This document shows, piece after piece, positions 20,319-30,398 of a stretch of DNA of 64,000 nt. The notes below the pieces were generated by a model. That model was not told the DNA's origin. It did no database searches and saw only the letters and a list, made by a program, of their open reading frames with translations. The translations under genes were made by a program, and so were the position numbers. Location: positions 196,767 through 260,766 of the forward strand of contig CAVYCV010000005.1 in the NCBI GenBank assembly GCA_963767165.1. Reading direction: 5' to 3'. Position 1 is the stretch's first letter. The number at the start of each line of letters is the position of its first letter. The stretch is from an uncultured Chloroflexia bacterium. Its GTDB lineage: Bacteria > Chloroflexota > Limnocylindria > Limnocylindrales > CSP1-4.

Positions 20319-21389
20319 ATGGCGGCGACCCCAAGCGCCAGCCCCGCGCCGGATCGACTTCGGCAGATCTCCCTCGCCCAGCGGCTGCTGGCCAGGCCAG
20401 CGGCGGGCGCGCTGGTCATCGTCGTCTTCGTCTTCATCGTGTTCAGCGTCCTCTCGGTAGCCCGCGGGAACACGGCATTCCTGTCGATCCCGGGCGTGCT
20501 GAACTACGTGGGCGTCGCCTCGCAGGTCGGCATCATCGCGACCTCGATCGCCCTGCTGATGATCGCCGGCGAGTTCGACCTCTCGGTGGGATCGCTGGTC
20601 GGCTTCGCCGGGATCATGATCGGGATCGGCTCGACGATCTGGGGCCTGCCGATCTGGCTGTCGATCCTGATCTCGATGGCCCTCACGACCGGCCTGGGCG
20701 TGCTCAACGGGCTCATCGTCGTTCGGACCGGGTTGCCGTCGTTCATCGTCACCCTTGCGACGATGTTCATCATCGCGGGCCTGTCGTCGGTCCTGGTCCT
20801 CGGGCTCACGAACATCACCTTCATCCGGATCGAACCGACCCTGATCGCCGCGGATCCCCTCGCCCAGTTCTTCAACTGGAAGCTCTCGATCAAGTTCGAC
20901 CTGGCGACGTCCGACCTGTACGTGTCGGTCGTCTGGTGGATCCTGATCGCGGCCATCGGCGCCTGGGTCCTCGGCCGGCGCAAGTTCGGCAACTGGATCG
21001 CCGGCGTCGGCGGCTCGCCGGAGGCGGCCCGCAATCTCGGCGTCCCGGTCGCGCGCGTGAAGATCACGCTGTTCGCTGCGACCGCCTTCTCGGCGTCGAT
21101 CCTGGCGGCGTGCCAGAGCATGCAGTTCGCCTCCGCCGACATCCAGCGCGGCGGCGGCTACGAGCTGACCGCGATCACGATGGCCGTCATCGGCGGCTGC
21201 CTGCTGACCGGCGGCTACGGCTCGGTGGCGGGCACCGCCCTTGGCGCGCTCGCCCTCGGGATGGCCAACATCGGCATCGTGTACGCCTCGATCAACGCCG
21301 ACTGGTACAAGATCGCGATCGGCGTCCTGCTGCTCTCGGCCGTCGTCCTCAACAACTGGATCCGGCGACGCTTCGCCGGCCTGCGCTAG
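20319..21389 (+). CDS. sugar ABC transporter permease (RbsC/AraH-like, about 10 TM helices)
   Basis: 356-aa polytopic membrane protein with the branched-chain/ribose permease family signature; operonic with the flanking SBP and ATPase. Confidence 0.85.
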   Translation: MAATPSASPAPDRLRQISLAQRLLARPAAGALVIVVFVFIVFSVLSVARGNTAFLSIPGVLNYVGVASQVGIIATSIALLMIAGEFDLSVGSLVGFAGIMIGIGSTIWGLPIWLSILISMALTTGLGVLNGLIVVRTGLPSFIVTLATMFIIAGLSSVLVLGLTNITFIRIEPTLIAADPLAQFFNWKLSIKFDLATSDLYVSVVWWILIAAIGAWVLGRRKFGNWIAGVGGSPEAARNLGVPVARVKITLFAATAFSASILAACQSMQFASADIQRGGGYELTAITMAVIGGCLLTGGYGSVAGTALGALALGMANIGIVYASINADWYKIAIGVLLLSAVVLNNWIRRRFAGLR

Positions 21390-21403
21390 CGGAGGAGCAC
21401 GCC

Positions 21404-22312
21404 ATGACGATGCCCACGGCCGCTCCGGCCGGCCCGGTCGGCAACGACCGCCCGCCGCTGCTCGAGGCCCGCGACATCTCCAAGTACTTCGGCGCGGTCG
21501 TCGCTCTCGAAGGCGTCTCCCTGGAGGTCCGGGCGGGCGAGATCAACTGCCTCCTCGGCGACAACGGGGCGGGCAAGTCGACCCTGATCAAGACGCTCTC
21601 GGGGGTCCATCCGCCGGACGACGGCACGCTCGCGATCGACGGCACGCCGGTGACCTTCAGCTCGCCGCGCGATGCCCTCGACGCGGGGATCGCGACCGTC
21701 TACCAGGATCTCTCGGTCATGCCGCTGATGAGCATCAGCCGCAACTTCTTCCTCGGCAACGAGCCGACGCTCGGGTTCGGACCCTTCAAGCGGTTCGATG
21801 CGGCCAGGGCCGCGAGGGTCGCCAAGGAGGAGATGCACAACATCGGCATCGAGGTGCGCGACACCGACCAGCTCGTCGGGACGCTGTCCGGCGGCGAGCG
21901 CCAGACCCTGGCGATCGCCCGCGCCGAGTACTTCGGGGCGAAGGTCCTGATCCTCGACGAGCCGACGTCCGCGCTCGGGGTCAAGGAGTCTGCGATCGTC
22001 CTCCGTCACGCGATCGCGGCCCGGAACAAGGGCCTCGGCGTCATCTTCATCACCCACAACGTCCAGCACGCGCTGCCGATCGGTGATTCGTTCACGATCC
22101 TGACCCGTGGCCGGTCCGGTGGGACATATCGCCGGGGCGAGCTCAACGCCGAACAGCTCCACGCGATGATGGGCGGCGGAGCCGAGCTCGAGGAGCTGCA
22201 GGCCGACCTCGAGATCCTCGCGCGACGCGAGGCCCGTGGCGAGGACGTGCCGACCGTCCCGATCGGGACCGATCCTGATTCGGGACAGGTCCTCGGCGAG
22301 ACCAGGCACTGA
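21404..22312 (+). CDS. sugar ABC transporter ATP-binding protein (single NBD)
   Basis: GGAGGA RBS. Walker [13 protein letters not shown] signature LSGGERQ, Walker B ILILDEPT, and an H-loop. Confidence 0.85.
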   Translation: MTMPTAAPAGPVGNDRPPLLEARDISKYFGAVVALEGVSLEVRAGEINCLLGDNGAGKSTLIKTLSGVHPPDDGTLAIDGTPVTFSSPRDALDAGIATVYQDLSVMPLMSISRNFFLGNEPTLGFGPFKRFDAARAARVAKEEMHNIGIEVRDTDQLVGTLSGGERQTLAIARAEYFGAKVLILDEPTSALGVKESAIVLRHAIAARNKGLGVIFITHNVQHALPIGDSFTILTRGRSGGTYRRGELNAEQLHAMMGGGAELEELQADLEILARREARGEDVPTVPIGTDPDSGQVLGETRH

Positions 22313-22321
22313 GCGCGGCGG

Positions 22322-23371
22322 GTGGTCGCGACGATCGCTGACGTCGCCCGTCGAGCCAGGGTCTCGACGGCGACGGTCAGCCGGGTGCTGGCGGGCCTGG
22401 GGCACGCGCGCCCCGAGACGCGCGAGCGGATCCTCGTCGCCGCCCGCGAGCTGGACTACCGGCCGTCGGGCGTCGCCCGCTCGCTCCAGCGACGCTCGAC
22501 CCAGACGTTCGGGCTGATCGTCACGGACATCGAGAACCCGTACTTCCCCGAACTGGTCCGGGCGGTGGAGGACGCCGCCAGGGCCGAGGGCTACACGATC
22601 CTGCTGTGCAACGCCGCCGACGACCCTGAGCGCGAATCCGGCTATCTCGACCTTCTCGTCGAGCGGCGGGTGGACGGCCTGATCATCGCGGCCAGCAGCC
22701 TCGGGGCTCGGCACGGTGAGTGGCTGGCCTCGCCGCCGCTGCCGGTGGTCCTGATCAACACGACAGCGGCCGATGTCGACCTGCCGTCGATCCAATCCGA
22801 CAACCGGGCCGGCAGCCGTCTCGCGGCGCGGCATCTCCTGGACCTCGGGCATCGGCGCTTCGGCTACCTCATGCCCCCGCCGCGGAACGTGGACGCGCCG
22901 CAGCGACTGGCGGGCGTCCGCGATGCCCTCGCCGAGGCGGGGCTGGACCCCGACGGGCTCGCGATCGCGAGCGGGGCTCCGCTGGTCGGTGGCGGCGAGG
23001 CGGCCATGCTCGAGCTGCTCGACCGGGCGCCCGCGACGACCGCGGTCCTCGCCTACAACGACCTGATGGCGATCGGCGCGCTGCGCGCCATCCGCGGGCG
23101 GGGCCGGTCCGTCCCCGGCGACATGAGCGTCGTCGGGTTCGACGACGTCGCGCTGGCGGCGTACGTCGATCCGCCGCTCACGACCCTCAGCCAGAGCACG
23201 GCCGAGATGGGCTACTGGGCGGTCGAGCGGCTGACCGAGCGGCTCCGTGCGCGGAGCACGGCGGCGGACGATGCGACGCCCGCCGGCCGCGGGATGTCTC
23301 CCGCGCCGGTCGTCATGCTCCCGGTCCGCCTCGAGGTCCGCGGCTCGACCGGTCCCGCGCCGGGCGCCTGA
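22322..23371 (+). CDS. LacI family transcriptional regulator
   Basis: N-terminal HTH TIADVARRARVSTATVSRVL, followed by a periplasmic-binding-protein-like effector domain. Confidence 0.85.
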   Translation: MVATIADVARRARVSTATVSRVLAGLGHARPETRERILVAARELDYRPSGVARSLQRRSTQTFGLIVTDIENPYFPELVRAVEDAARAEGYTILLCNAADDPERESGYLDLLVERRVDGLIIAASSLGARHGEWLASPPLPVVLINTTAADVDLPSIQSDNRAGSRLAARHLLDLGHRRFGYLMPPPRNVDAPQRLAGVRDALAEAGLDPDGLAIASGAPLVGGGEAAMLELLDRAPATTAVLAYNDLMAIGALRAIRGRGRSVPGDMSVVGFDDVALAAYVDPPLTTLSQSTAEMGYWAVERLTERLRARSTAADDATPAGRGMSPAPVVMLPVRLEVRGSTGPAPGA

Positions 23372-23433
23372 GCCTGGTCGGCCGTCGCGGGCGCGCCACC
23401 CGCGCCCCGCGGTCCGCGCTACCGCCCTGGGGC

Positions 23434-24400
23434 TCACGGCGGATCGACCGCACCCACCTGGCTGACCTCGGTCGGGAGGACGGCCCGGCGGATCCGCTCG
23501 CGCGCACGCCGGACGATGACGGCCGTGCGGTCGGGCACGCCCTGGAGACCGAGGCCCTCGACGACCAGCGAGCCGGCCGCGGCCGCGAAGCGCAGGTCCG
23601 GCGGGCGCCGCGAGCGGTGGCGACCGGCCACGGCGGGTCGCAGGATCGAGGCCTGGAGCGCCGCGAGGAACGTGTCGCCCGCACCGGTCGGGTCGATCTC
23701 GAGCGTCGTCGCGGTCGGCAGATAGCGCAGGGTCTCGGTCGGGCCGTCGTCGCCGAGGTGGATCAGCAAGCCGCCCTCGCTGCCCTGCGTGACGAGCAGG
23801 TAGGCGCCCGGGTGGAGGAGCCCGTACAGCGCACGCAGCGGACGTGTGGGTCACGACGTCATGGTGGCTCACGCCGACGAGGTCGGCCCGCCGCAGGATC
23901 GCCGACGGCCTCGGCGGACGCCGGGTCACGCGCTCGCCCGGCGCGAGGTTCCGGAGGAAGCCCTGCCACGCGACGGCCAGGTGCGCGGCGCGCGGGATGA
24001 CCGCGGCCCAGTCGTCGGTGACCTCGCCGGCGACCGGCACCACCGACCAGCCGGGTGCGGCTCGCCACGCATCGGGGATGTCCGGGATCGGCAGGGGCAC
24101 CCCGGTCTGCACGCAGGTCTGGACGCGTCCCGTCGGGGTCTCACGGTTGTGGTAGACCGGGCCCTCCGCGAGCGGCACGAGCCGCAGGTCGACCCCCGCG
24201 TCGCGCAGCATGTCGAGCTCGCTCGCGGTGGCCGCGTCCACGTCGACCCCCACGATCGCCGCCGTCCGCAGCCCCAGCCTGGCCGTGGTCAGCGAGGCGT
24301 AGGTGACGCCGCCGCCGAGCCGCCAGCCGCGGGGGTCCTCCGGCACGACGTCGCGACACGCCGACCCGATGTGGACGACCTCGGCGCGGGACGGAACCAT
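23434..24400 (-). pseudogene. PfkB family carbohydrate kinase (possibly IolC-like 5-dehydro-2-deoxygluconokinase) with a frameshift near 23855
   Basis: GGAGG 5 nt before the ATG at 24400. N-terminal about 180 aa (MVPSRAEVVHIGSACRDVV...ADLVGVSHHDV) are in one frame. The C-terminal part (PTRPLRALYGLLHPGAYLLVTQGSEGGLLIHLG...DPTGAGDTFLAA) is in another, with a GAGD anion-hole motif. Confidence 0.7.
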
Positions 24401-24453
24401 GGCACCTCCGGGCGTATACTGCCGCCTCGCCACGACCGTATCGCGAGGCCGAC

Positions 24454-24843
24454 GTGTTCTTCTACGAGCTCCACGAGGGCGACGACGAGGTCTACTCGGA
24501 CGTCCTGGTGGTCAGCGAATCCGAGTGGGAGCCAGACGAGTTCTTCGAGCTCGTCCAGACGATCCGCCGCCGGATCCAGGACCAGTACCACCACGATACC
24601 CTCAGCGAGGCCATCGCCAACGAGCTCGAGCGCGACCACGGCTTCATCCACGTCAGCGACGACCGTCTGGCCGCGGCCGTCAACGTCTCGGTCATCGAGG
24701 CCGAGAACTTCCTCGCCGAGCTCGAGGTCGACCTCGCCGACGCGGCCGAGGACGACGATGATGACGACGACGACGAGGACGACGATCAGGTGGACTTCAA
24801 GTCGGTCCTCGTGGACTTCGACCCCGAGGGCCGGCTGAACTGA
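24454..24843 (+). CDS. hypothetical highly acidic 129-aa protein with a poly-Asp/Glu tract
   Basis: GTG start. Sequence FFYELHEGDDEVYSD...AEDDDDDDDDEDDDQVDFKSVLVDFDPEGRLN. No known domain was recognised. Confidence 0.4.
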   Translation: MFFYELHEGDDEVYSDVLVVSESEWEPDEFFELVQTIRRRIQDQYHHDTLSEAIANELERDHGFIHVSDDRLAAAVNVSVIEAENFLAELEVDLADAAEDDDDDDDDEDDDQVDFKSVLVDFDPEGRLN

Positions 24844-24865
24844 CCGCTACCGGCTGGACTGACCG

Positions 24866-25969
24866 CTACTTGCTGAAGAGGATCTCCAGCACGTCGCCGT
24901 CGTGGACCCGATAGGTCTTCCCCTCCGACCGTAGCCGCCCGGCCTTGCGTGCCTCGGCCATCGAGCCGAGCGTGACCAGGTCGTCGTAGGCGACGGTCTC
25001 AGCCCGGATGAATCCCTTCGCGAGATCGGTGTGGATGGCGCCGGCCGCATCCACCGCGGTCGATCCGTCCGGGACCGGCCATGCCCGGACCTCGTCCGGT
25101 CCGGCGGTCAGGAACGAGACCAGCCCGAGCAATCGGTACGACAACGCGATGACCCGGTCCAGGCCGGACTCGGCGATCCCGAGCTCCTCCATGAATGCCG
25201 CCGCCTCGTCGGGCTCCAGCTCGCCGAGCTCCATCTCGATCTTCGCCGACAACGCGTCGACCATCACGTGCTGGTGGTCGTAGCCGGACACGATCCCCTC
25301 GACCAGCGCCGGCGCCGAGGCCAGGTCCCCTTCCCCGACGTTGAGCAGCACGAGCACCGGCTTCTGGGTCAGGAACCGGAAGCCGCGGATCGCCTTCTCG
25401 TCGTCGGCGTCCAGGCCGAGGTCGCGGATCGGCTTGCCCGCCTCAAGACCTTCGTGCAACCGGCGCAGGACGACCTCCTCGCGCTCTGCCGCCTCGCGCT
25501 CGGCGGACGTGCCGTGGCGCCCGCTGCCCTTCAGGCGTTCGAGCCGGCGTTCGGTCATCGAGAGGTCGGCGAGGACGAACTCGAGGTCGAGCCGCTCGAG
25601 GTCGCGGGCGGGGTCGACGCTCCCGTCCGGATGCGGGTTCGACGGGTCCTCGAACGCCCGGACGACATGCAGCAGCGCGTCCGAGTCGCGCAGGCGCGCG
25701 AGGTGGTCGGGTGGCAGCTCCTCCGTGCCGACGTGGCCCTCGGTCGAGGCCGGCGGCGCCGGCAGGTCGGCGTAGGTCACGTCCGCATGGACGATCTTCT
25801 TCGGCTTGAAGATCTCGGCCAGGCGGTCGAGCCGGGCGTCGGGGACCTTGACGACCCCGACGTGGAGCGTGACCCCGCCGAAGCCGCCGGTCTCGGCATG
25901 ACCCCGCGTGAGGGTGTTGAAGACGGTGGTCTTGCCCGAACCGGCGAGCCCGACGATGGCGGTCTGCAT
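24866..25969 (-). CDS. ychF: redox-regulated ribosome-binding ATPase YchF
   Basis: G1 motif GLAGSGKTTVFN, Obg-like GTPase core, and a C-terminal TGS domain (GKTYRVHDGDVLEILFSK). Confidence 0.9.
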   Translation of the reverse strand: MQTAIVGLAGSGKTTVFNTLTRGHAETGGFGGVTLHVGVVKVPDARLDRLAEIFKPKKIVHADVTYADLPAPPASTEGHVGTEELPPDHLARLRDSDALLHVVRAFEDPSNPHPDGSVDPARDLERLDLEFVLADLSMTERRLERLKGSGRHGTSAEREAAEREEVVLRRLHEGLEAGKPIRDLGLDADDEKAIRGFRFLTQKPVLVLLNVGEGDLASAPALVEGIVSGYDHQHVMVDALSAKIEMELGELEPDEAAAFMEELGIAESGLDRVIALSYRLLGLVSFLTAGPDEVRAWPVPDGSTAVDAAGAIHTDLAKGFIRAETVAYDDLVTLGSMAEARKAGRLRSEGKTYRVHDGDVLEILFSK

Positions 25970-26010
25970 GCCGCCGATCGTAGCCGGTCAGCCGACCTGG
26001 CGGCCGAGGC

Positions 26011-27096
26011 TCAGTAGCCGGCGACCGGATCGACGACGTTCAGCAGCGGCTCGCCGACGGCGAAACGGCGCAGGTTGTCGCAGAAGAGCTCGACGCTGCG
26101 ATCGAGGACGCGCCCGCTGGACCATGCCGTGTGCGGCGTCACGATGACGTTGGGCAGGTCGTAGAACGACGACATCGGCGGCAGCGGCTCGTCATGGAAC
26201 GTGTCGAGCACGGCGCCACCGAGGGGACCATCGCGCAGCGCCCGCAGCAGCGCCCGCTCATCCACCAGCCGGCCGCGCGCCACGTTGATGAGCCAGGCGC
26301 CCGGCTTGACCAACGCGAGCGTCTCGTCGTTGATCATCGACTCGGTCTCCGGCGTCAACGGCGCGGCGAGGACGATGAAGTCCGATTCGCCGAGGAGCTC
26401 CGGGAGCTTGTCGGGACCGCCGATCCGATCGAGCGGGATGTCGGCGAGGCCCGGATCGTCCGGATCCGCGTTGGCGAGCTCCGACGCCGTCGGCCCCGTG
26501 CCCACGTCCGGCCGGCGACGGACGGCGATGACCCGGCAGCCGAAGGCCGTCGCCAGCGCGCCGACCGCGCGGCCCATCGAGCCGAGCCCGACGATCCCGA
26601 CGGTCACGTCGCGCAACTCCGCGCCCTCGAGCGGCTGCCACGTCCGCTCGCGCTGTAGCTCGAGGAGCTGCGGCAGCCGGCGGCTCACGGCCAGGATCAT
26701 CATCAGGACGTATTCCGCGATCGGCCGGCTGAAGACGCCCCGCGCGTTCGTGACGACCAGGCCCCGGTCGCGGGCGGCCGGCGTCAGGGCCCGTTCGACG
26801 CCCGACGTCGCGGAGTGGACCCACGACAGGCGCGGGGCACGCACGAGCAGGCGATCGAAGGCGTCGGGTAGGAGCCAGCCCCGGAGCATGACCTCGACAT
26901 CGTCGAGCGGGCCGTCGGCGAGGCCCTCGATCGAGACCGTCACGATCCGGGCCCCGGGCGCCGCGGCGCGGATCCGCTCGAGGTCGCGCGAGCGATACCG
27001 TGCAGACAGGATCGGGCTCAGGGCGATGGCCGTCGGGGCTCCGCCGGGACCACTGCCGGGGCCGGCACGGCGGACGAGGCCCGCGTCCCCGGTCAT
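26011..27096 (-). CDS. D-isomer-specific 2-hydroxyacid dehydrogenase family protein (NAD-binding)
   Basis: GIVGLGSMGRAVG Rossmann motif and the catalytic region ...NVARG...D...TPHTAW. The start may be a downstream in-frame Met. Confidence 0.8.
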   Translation of the reverse strand: MTGDAGLVRRAGPGSGPGGAPTAIALSPILSARYRSRDLERIRAAAPGARIVTVSIEGLADGPLDDVEVMLRGWLLPDAFDRLLVRAPRLSWVHSATSGVERALTPAARDRGLVVTNARGVFSRPIAEYVLMMILAVSRRLPQLLELQRERTWQPLEGAELRDVTVGIVGLGSMGRAVGALATAFGCRVIAVRRRPDVGTGPTASELANADPDDPGLADIPLDRIGGPDKLPELLGESDFIVLAAPLTPETESMINDETLALVKPGAWLINVARGRLVDERALLRALRDGPLGGAVLDTFHDEPLPPMSSFYDLPNVIVTPHTAWSSGRVLDRSVELFCDNLRRFAVGEPLLNVVDPVAGY

Positions 27097-28298
27097 GCGT
27101 CTGCCCCGTCGAGGACGCGCGCGATCCAGCGCTCCGGCTCGTCGATCTCACCCTCGCGGGGCAGCGTCTCGGGGCCATCCCACAGGCGCGTCAGGGCTAC
27201 CTTGCCCCGTGCGTCCGCGACCGCCCGGACGAATCGTTCGCCCTTCTTGTATTGCTCCATCTTCAGGTCCAGGCCGGTCAGCCGCATGATCGAGCGCTCG
27301 AAGGGCGTTCGCCGCGTCCGCCGCTCGTGGAATCGCGTGCTGATCCGCTCGACACCCGGGACCAGGTCCTGCCCGACCTCGTCCATCACGTAGTCGCTGA
27401 ACCCCTCGAGCAGGCTCATGACCGCCTGCGTCTCGCGGAACAGGGCCTTCTGCTCCGGACCCATCAGCCGCTCCATCCAGTGTTCGCCCTCGGCCTCGCC
27501 CCGCAGGGTCCGCCCGAGAGCCCGCAGCGCGTCGCGGCCGAGCGTCCGGGCGTCGCTGCCGAACAGGGCCAGCTGGCGTTCGAGGCGCGAGGCGAGATAC
27601 GGCCGAAGCCAGGGATGCGCCTCGAACTCGAACGCGTGCGTGGTCTCGTGGAGGGCGATCCAGGTCCGGAACGGGTCGAGCGGCACGCCGAGCGAGCGCG
27701 CGGTCTGGCGGATGTTCTCCTCGACGAACAGGAGTCGGCCCGGCGCCTGCTCGGTGGCCAGGAGGGCCAGGTCGTACTGGCCGAGGACGCGGCCGCCCAT
27801 GAACCCGAGCAGGAACCCCAGCTGGCGGGTCGTCACCCAGCGGTTCGCGAGCGCCATCGTCGCCTTGGCCAGCCCGCCACCGGCCGGGACGACCTGGTCG
27901 AGCAGGTCCGCCTCCAACTTGCCGATGAGCGACGCGAACGTCCCGATGTTGGCCTGGACCCAGCCTGCCCGATCGACCACGGCCGACCGTTCGACGACGC
28001 CCGGCAGCTCCGTGCCGAGCGCCCGCGAGAGCGCCGGGACGATCTTCGTCATGGCCTCGGCGTAGGCCGGCTCCGATGCGCGCAGCTCCGTGGCGGACAG
28101 CGTGCCCGGCGCCCGCTCGAGCCGGGCGACAGCGATGCGCTCGACCGCGGGCCAGTCGACGAGCCCGCGCCGGGCGGACCGTTCCGCGTGCCGCCCGACG
28201 ACCGTCGCGGCCGCCCCGAGCGCCGAGCCGATGATGAACCCGGCCTGCCAGACGCGGTCGTCGCGCCATGCCGGGCCCCGGCCGCCTCGCTCGCTCAT
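27093..28298 (-). CDS. zinc-dependent metalloprotease, DUF2342-like (HExxH)
   Basis: HETTHAFEFE zinc-binding motif in a family common in high-GC Gram-positives. The ATG at 28298 overlaps the murI stop (ATGA). Confidence 0.65.
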   Translation of the reverse strand: MSERGGRGPAWRDDRVWQAGFIIGSALGAAATVVGRHAERSARRGLVDWPAVERIAVARLERAPGTLSATELRASEPAYAEAMTKIVPALSRALGTELPGVVERSAVVDRAGWVQANIGTFASLIGKLEADLLDQVVPAGGGLAKATMALANRWVTTRQLGFLLGFMGGRVLGQYDLALLATEQAPGRLLFVEENIRQTARSLGVPLDPFRTWIALHETTHAFEFEAHPWLRPYLASRLERQLALFGSDARTLGRDALRALGRTLRGEAEGEHWMERLMGPEQKALFRETQAVMSLLEGFSDYVMDEVGQDLVPGVERISTRFHERRTRRTPFERSIMRLTGLDLKMEQYKKGERFVRAVADARGKVALTRLWDGPETLPREGEIDEPERWIARVLDGADA

Positions 28299-29158
28299 CG
28301 GACCGGCACCGCGAGCTCGACGCGTTCCACGTCCGGGAAGGCCGCCCCGAACAGGAGCGCGGCGAGGGCGTGGAAGCTGTCCGGATCGCCGGTCGTCAGC
28401 TGGAGGTGGGTCGCGGACGCGACGGCTGCCGGCGTCGCGATGTCGTCGATGTCGAGGAGTTCGGCCAGCGCCGACGCCGTCGCGGTCGCCGAATTGACGA
28501 TCGCGACCTGGGCGCCCGCGACGACCTCGATGAGCGGCCGCAGCAGCGGGTAGTGGGTGCAACCCAGCAGGAGCGTGTCGACGGTCGCGCCGGGCGGCAG
28601 CGGGGCGAGCGGATCGCCATCGGCATCGCGCGTGCCCAGCAGCGGCGCAAGCGCCTCGGCGACCGCGGCCTCCGCGATCGGGCCTCGCAGCTCGCCGGCC
28701 TCGACCAGGGGCACGAGGGTCGGCGTGGCGTGCTCGTGCACCTCGACCGCGGGGTTCTCGTCCCGGATGGCCGCGAGATAGGCGTGGGATCGGATGGTGG
28801 CCGGCGTCGCGATGACCCCGACGCGGCCGTTGCGGGTCGCGAGAGCCGCGGCAGACGCCCCGGAACGGATGACGCCGAGGACCGGGACCTCGTAGCGGCG
28901 GCGGAACGTCGCGAGGCCGACCGCGGTCGAGGTGTTACAGGCGACGACGAGGGCCTTCACGTCGCGCTCGACGAGCGCATCGAGCGACTGGGTCGAGAAG
29001 GCCAGGACCTCGTCGTCGGGTCGCACGCCGTACGGCGTCCGCAGGTTGTCGCCGAGGTAGATCGTGGACTCGGCCGGGGTCCTCCGCAGGATCTCGCGCA
29101 GGACCGTCAGCCCGCCGACACCAGAGTCGAAGACCCCGATCGGACGGGGATCGGCCAT
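28295..29158 (-). CDS. murI: glutamate racemase
   Basis: IGVFDSGVGGLTVL near the N-terminus, catalytic VVACNTS and LGCTHYPLL. Confidence 0.9.
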   Translation of the reverse strand: MADPRPIGVFDSGVGGLTVLREILRRTPAESTIYLGDNLRTPYGVRPDDEVLAFSTQSLDALVERDVKALVVACNTSTAVGLATFRRRYEVPVLGVIRSGASAAALATRNGRVGVIATPATIRSHAYLAAIRDENPAVEVHEHATPTLVPLVEAGELRGPIAEAAVAEALAPLLGTRDADGDPLAPLPPGATVDTLLLGCTHYPLLRPLIEVVAGAQVAIVNSATATASALAELLDIDDIATPAAVASATHLQLTTGDPDSFHALAALLFGAAFPDVERVELAVPVR

Positions 29159-29166
29159 CCGGTCCC

Positions 29167-30319
29167 CTATCGAAGCCCGGCGGCGGCCGGCGTGCGCGCC
29201 AGCCCCAGGAGGTCGCCGGCGAGCCGGGCGATGTCCTGGCTGATCGGCGCGTCCGGGTTCGCCAGGACGAACGGCACGCCCTCGTTGTTCGACTGGATGA
29301 CGAGGCGGCCGTCGGACATCACCCGGTGCTCGGGCACGCGTCCGAGAGCGCGCTCGAGGGCGGCCGGATCGATCCCGCCCGAGGAGTCGGCGCGGTTGAT
29401 CAGGTACCGCACCTTGGACGCCGCGTACCCGATCGCCCGGAACGTGTCGGCCATGGCCACCGTGTTGTGGATCGTCGTCGAGTCGTAGGTGACGATCTCC
29501 ACGATCGTGTCGCTCGCGTCGAGGAAGGCGAGGTTGACGTCGTTCACGTAGCTCGACATGTCGATGACGATCACCGAGTAGACCCGCCGCAGGAGCGAGA
29601 GGACCTTCTCGATATCGCGCGAGGTGACCATCTCGGCCATCTCGATGCGCGGCGGGGCCAGCAGGATGTCGATGCCGGACGGGTCGCGCCACAGGACGTC
29701 GCCCAGGTCGGACTCGGCGATCCGGTCGGTCGGCAGGTCGAGGATCGAAGGCGCGTCGGTCGGGACCTTGAGCAGCGCCCGCAGGTCGCCGAACTGGAGG
29801 CTCCCGTCGATGAGGACCGTGCGCTGGTCCAGCTGCCCCAACGCGACGGCCAGGTTGAAGGCGATCGTCGTCTTGCCGACCCCGCCCTTGGGCGCGAAGA
29901 CCGAGAAGATCTTGGTGCTGGCCGTCTCCTGCGTCTTCCTCGAAGAGCTTCCGGACGCTGCCGATGCGGTTGATGAGGTCGAAGCCGGAGAACGGCATCG
30001 ACAGCACGCCGTGGATGCCCCGTTCCGGATCGGGCTCGATCGGGTTCTGCGGCACGGTCAGGACGATGACGGGCACGCCGAGGCCGGACTTGTGGATCTG
30101 GTCGACGAGGCTGGGACCCTTGACCCGGCCCTGCAGGAGCGCATCGACGATCACGACGTCGGGCCGGAGCTCCTGGATCTGGAGGAGGGCCTTGCCGCCC
30201 TCACTGAGCACGTCAAGCAGCTTGACCTTGCCTTGAGCGTTCAGGAGGCTGCGGATGTACTGCGCGACTTGCGGCACGTCCTCGACGATCAGCAAGCGTG
30301 TCTGGTCACTCGATGCCAT
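29167..30319 (-). pseudogene. CpaE/TadZ-like protein (N-terminal receiver-like domain + ParA/MinD-type ATPase) with a frameshift near 29935
   Basis: REC-like domain MASSDQTRLLIVEDVPQVAQYIRSLL...DVVIVD is in one frame. The ATPase domain with deviant Walker A KIFSVFAPKGGVGKTTIAFNLAVALG continues in another frame, down to 29167. Confidence 0.6.
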
Positions 30320-30398
30320 CAGGCCGACGATACCACGCAGTCCGCGCGGCGGACTCCCTCGGAGGTCCGGTCTCGCGGATGACCCGGGAGACCCCCTG

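Noticed and set aside
21386-24433. 1015-aa minus-strand ORF spanning the ABC ATPase, LacI and kinase region
   Set aside because: Antisense to three well-supported plus-strand genes, with Arg/Pro-rich composition. It is a typical spurious long ORF at about 72% GC. Only its 5' about 550 nt (24400 down to about 23850) is real (PfkB kinase N-terminus).
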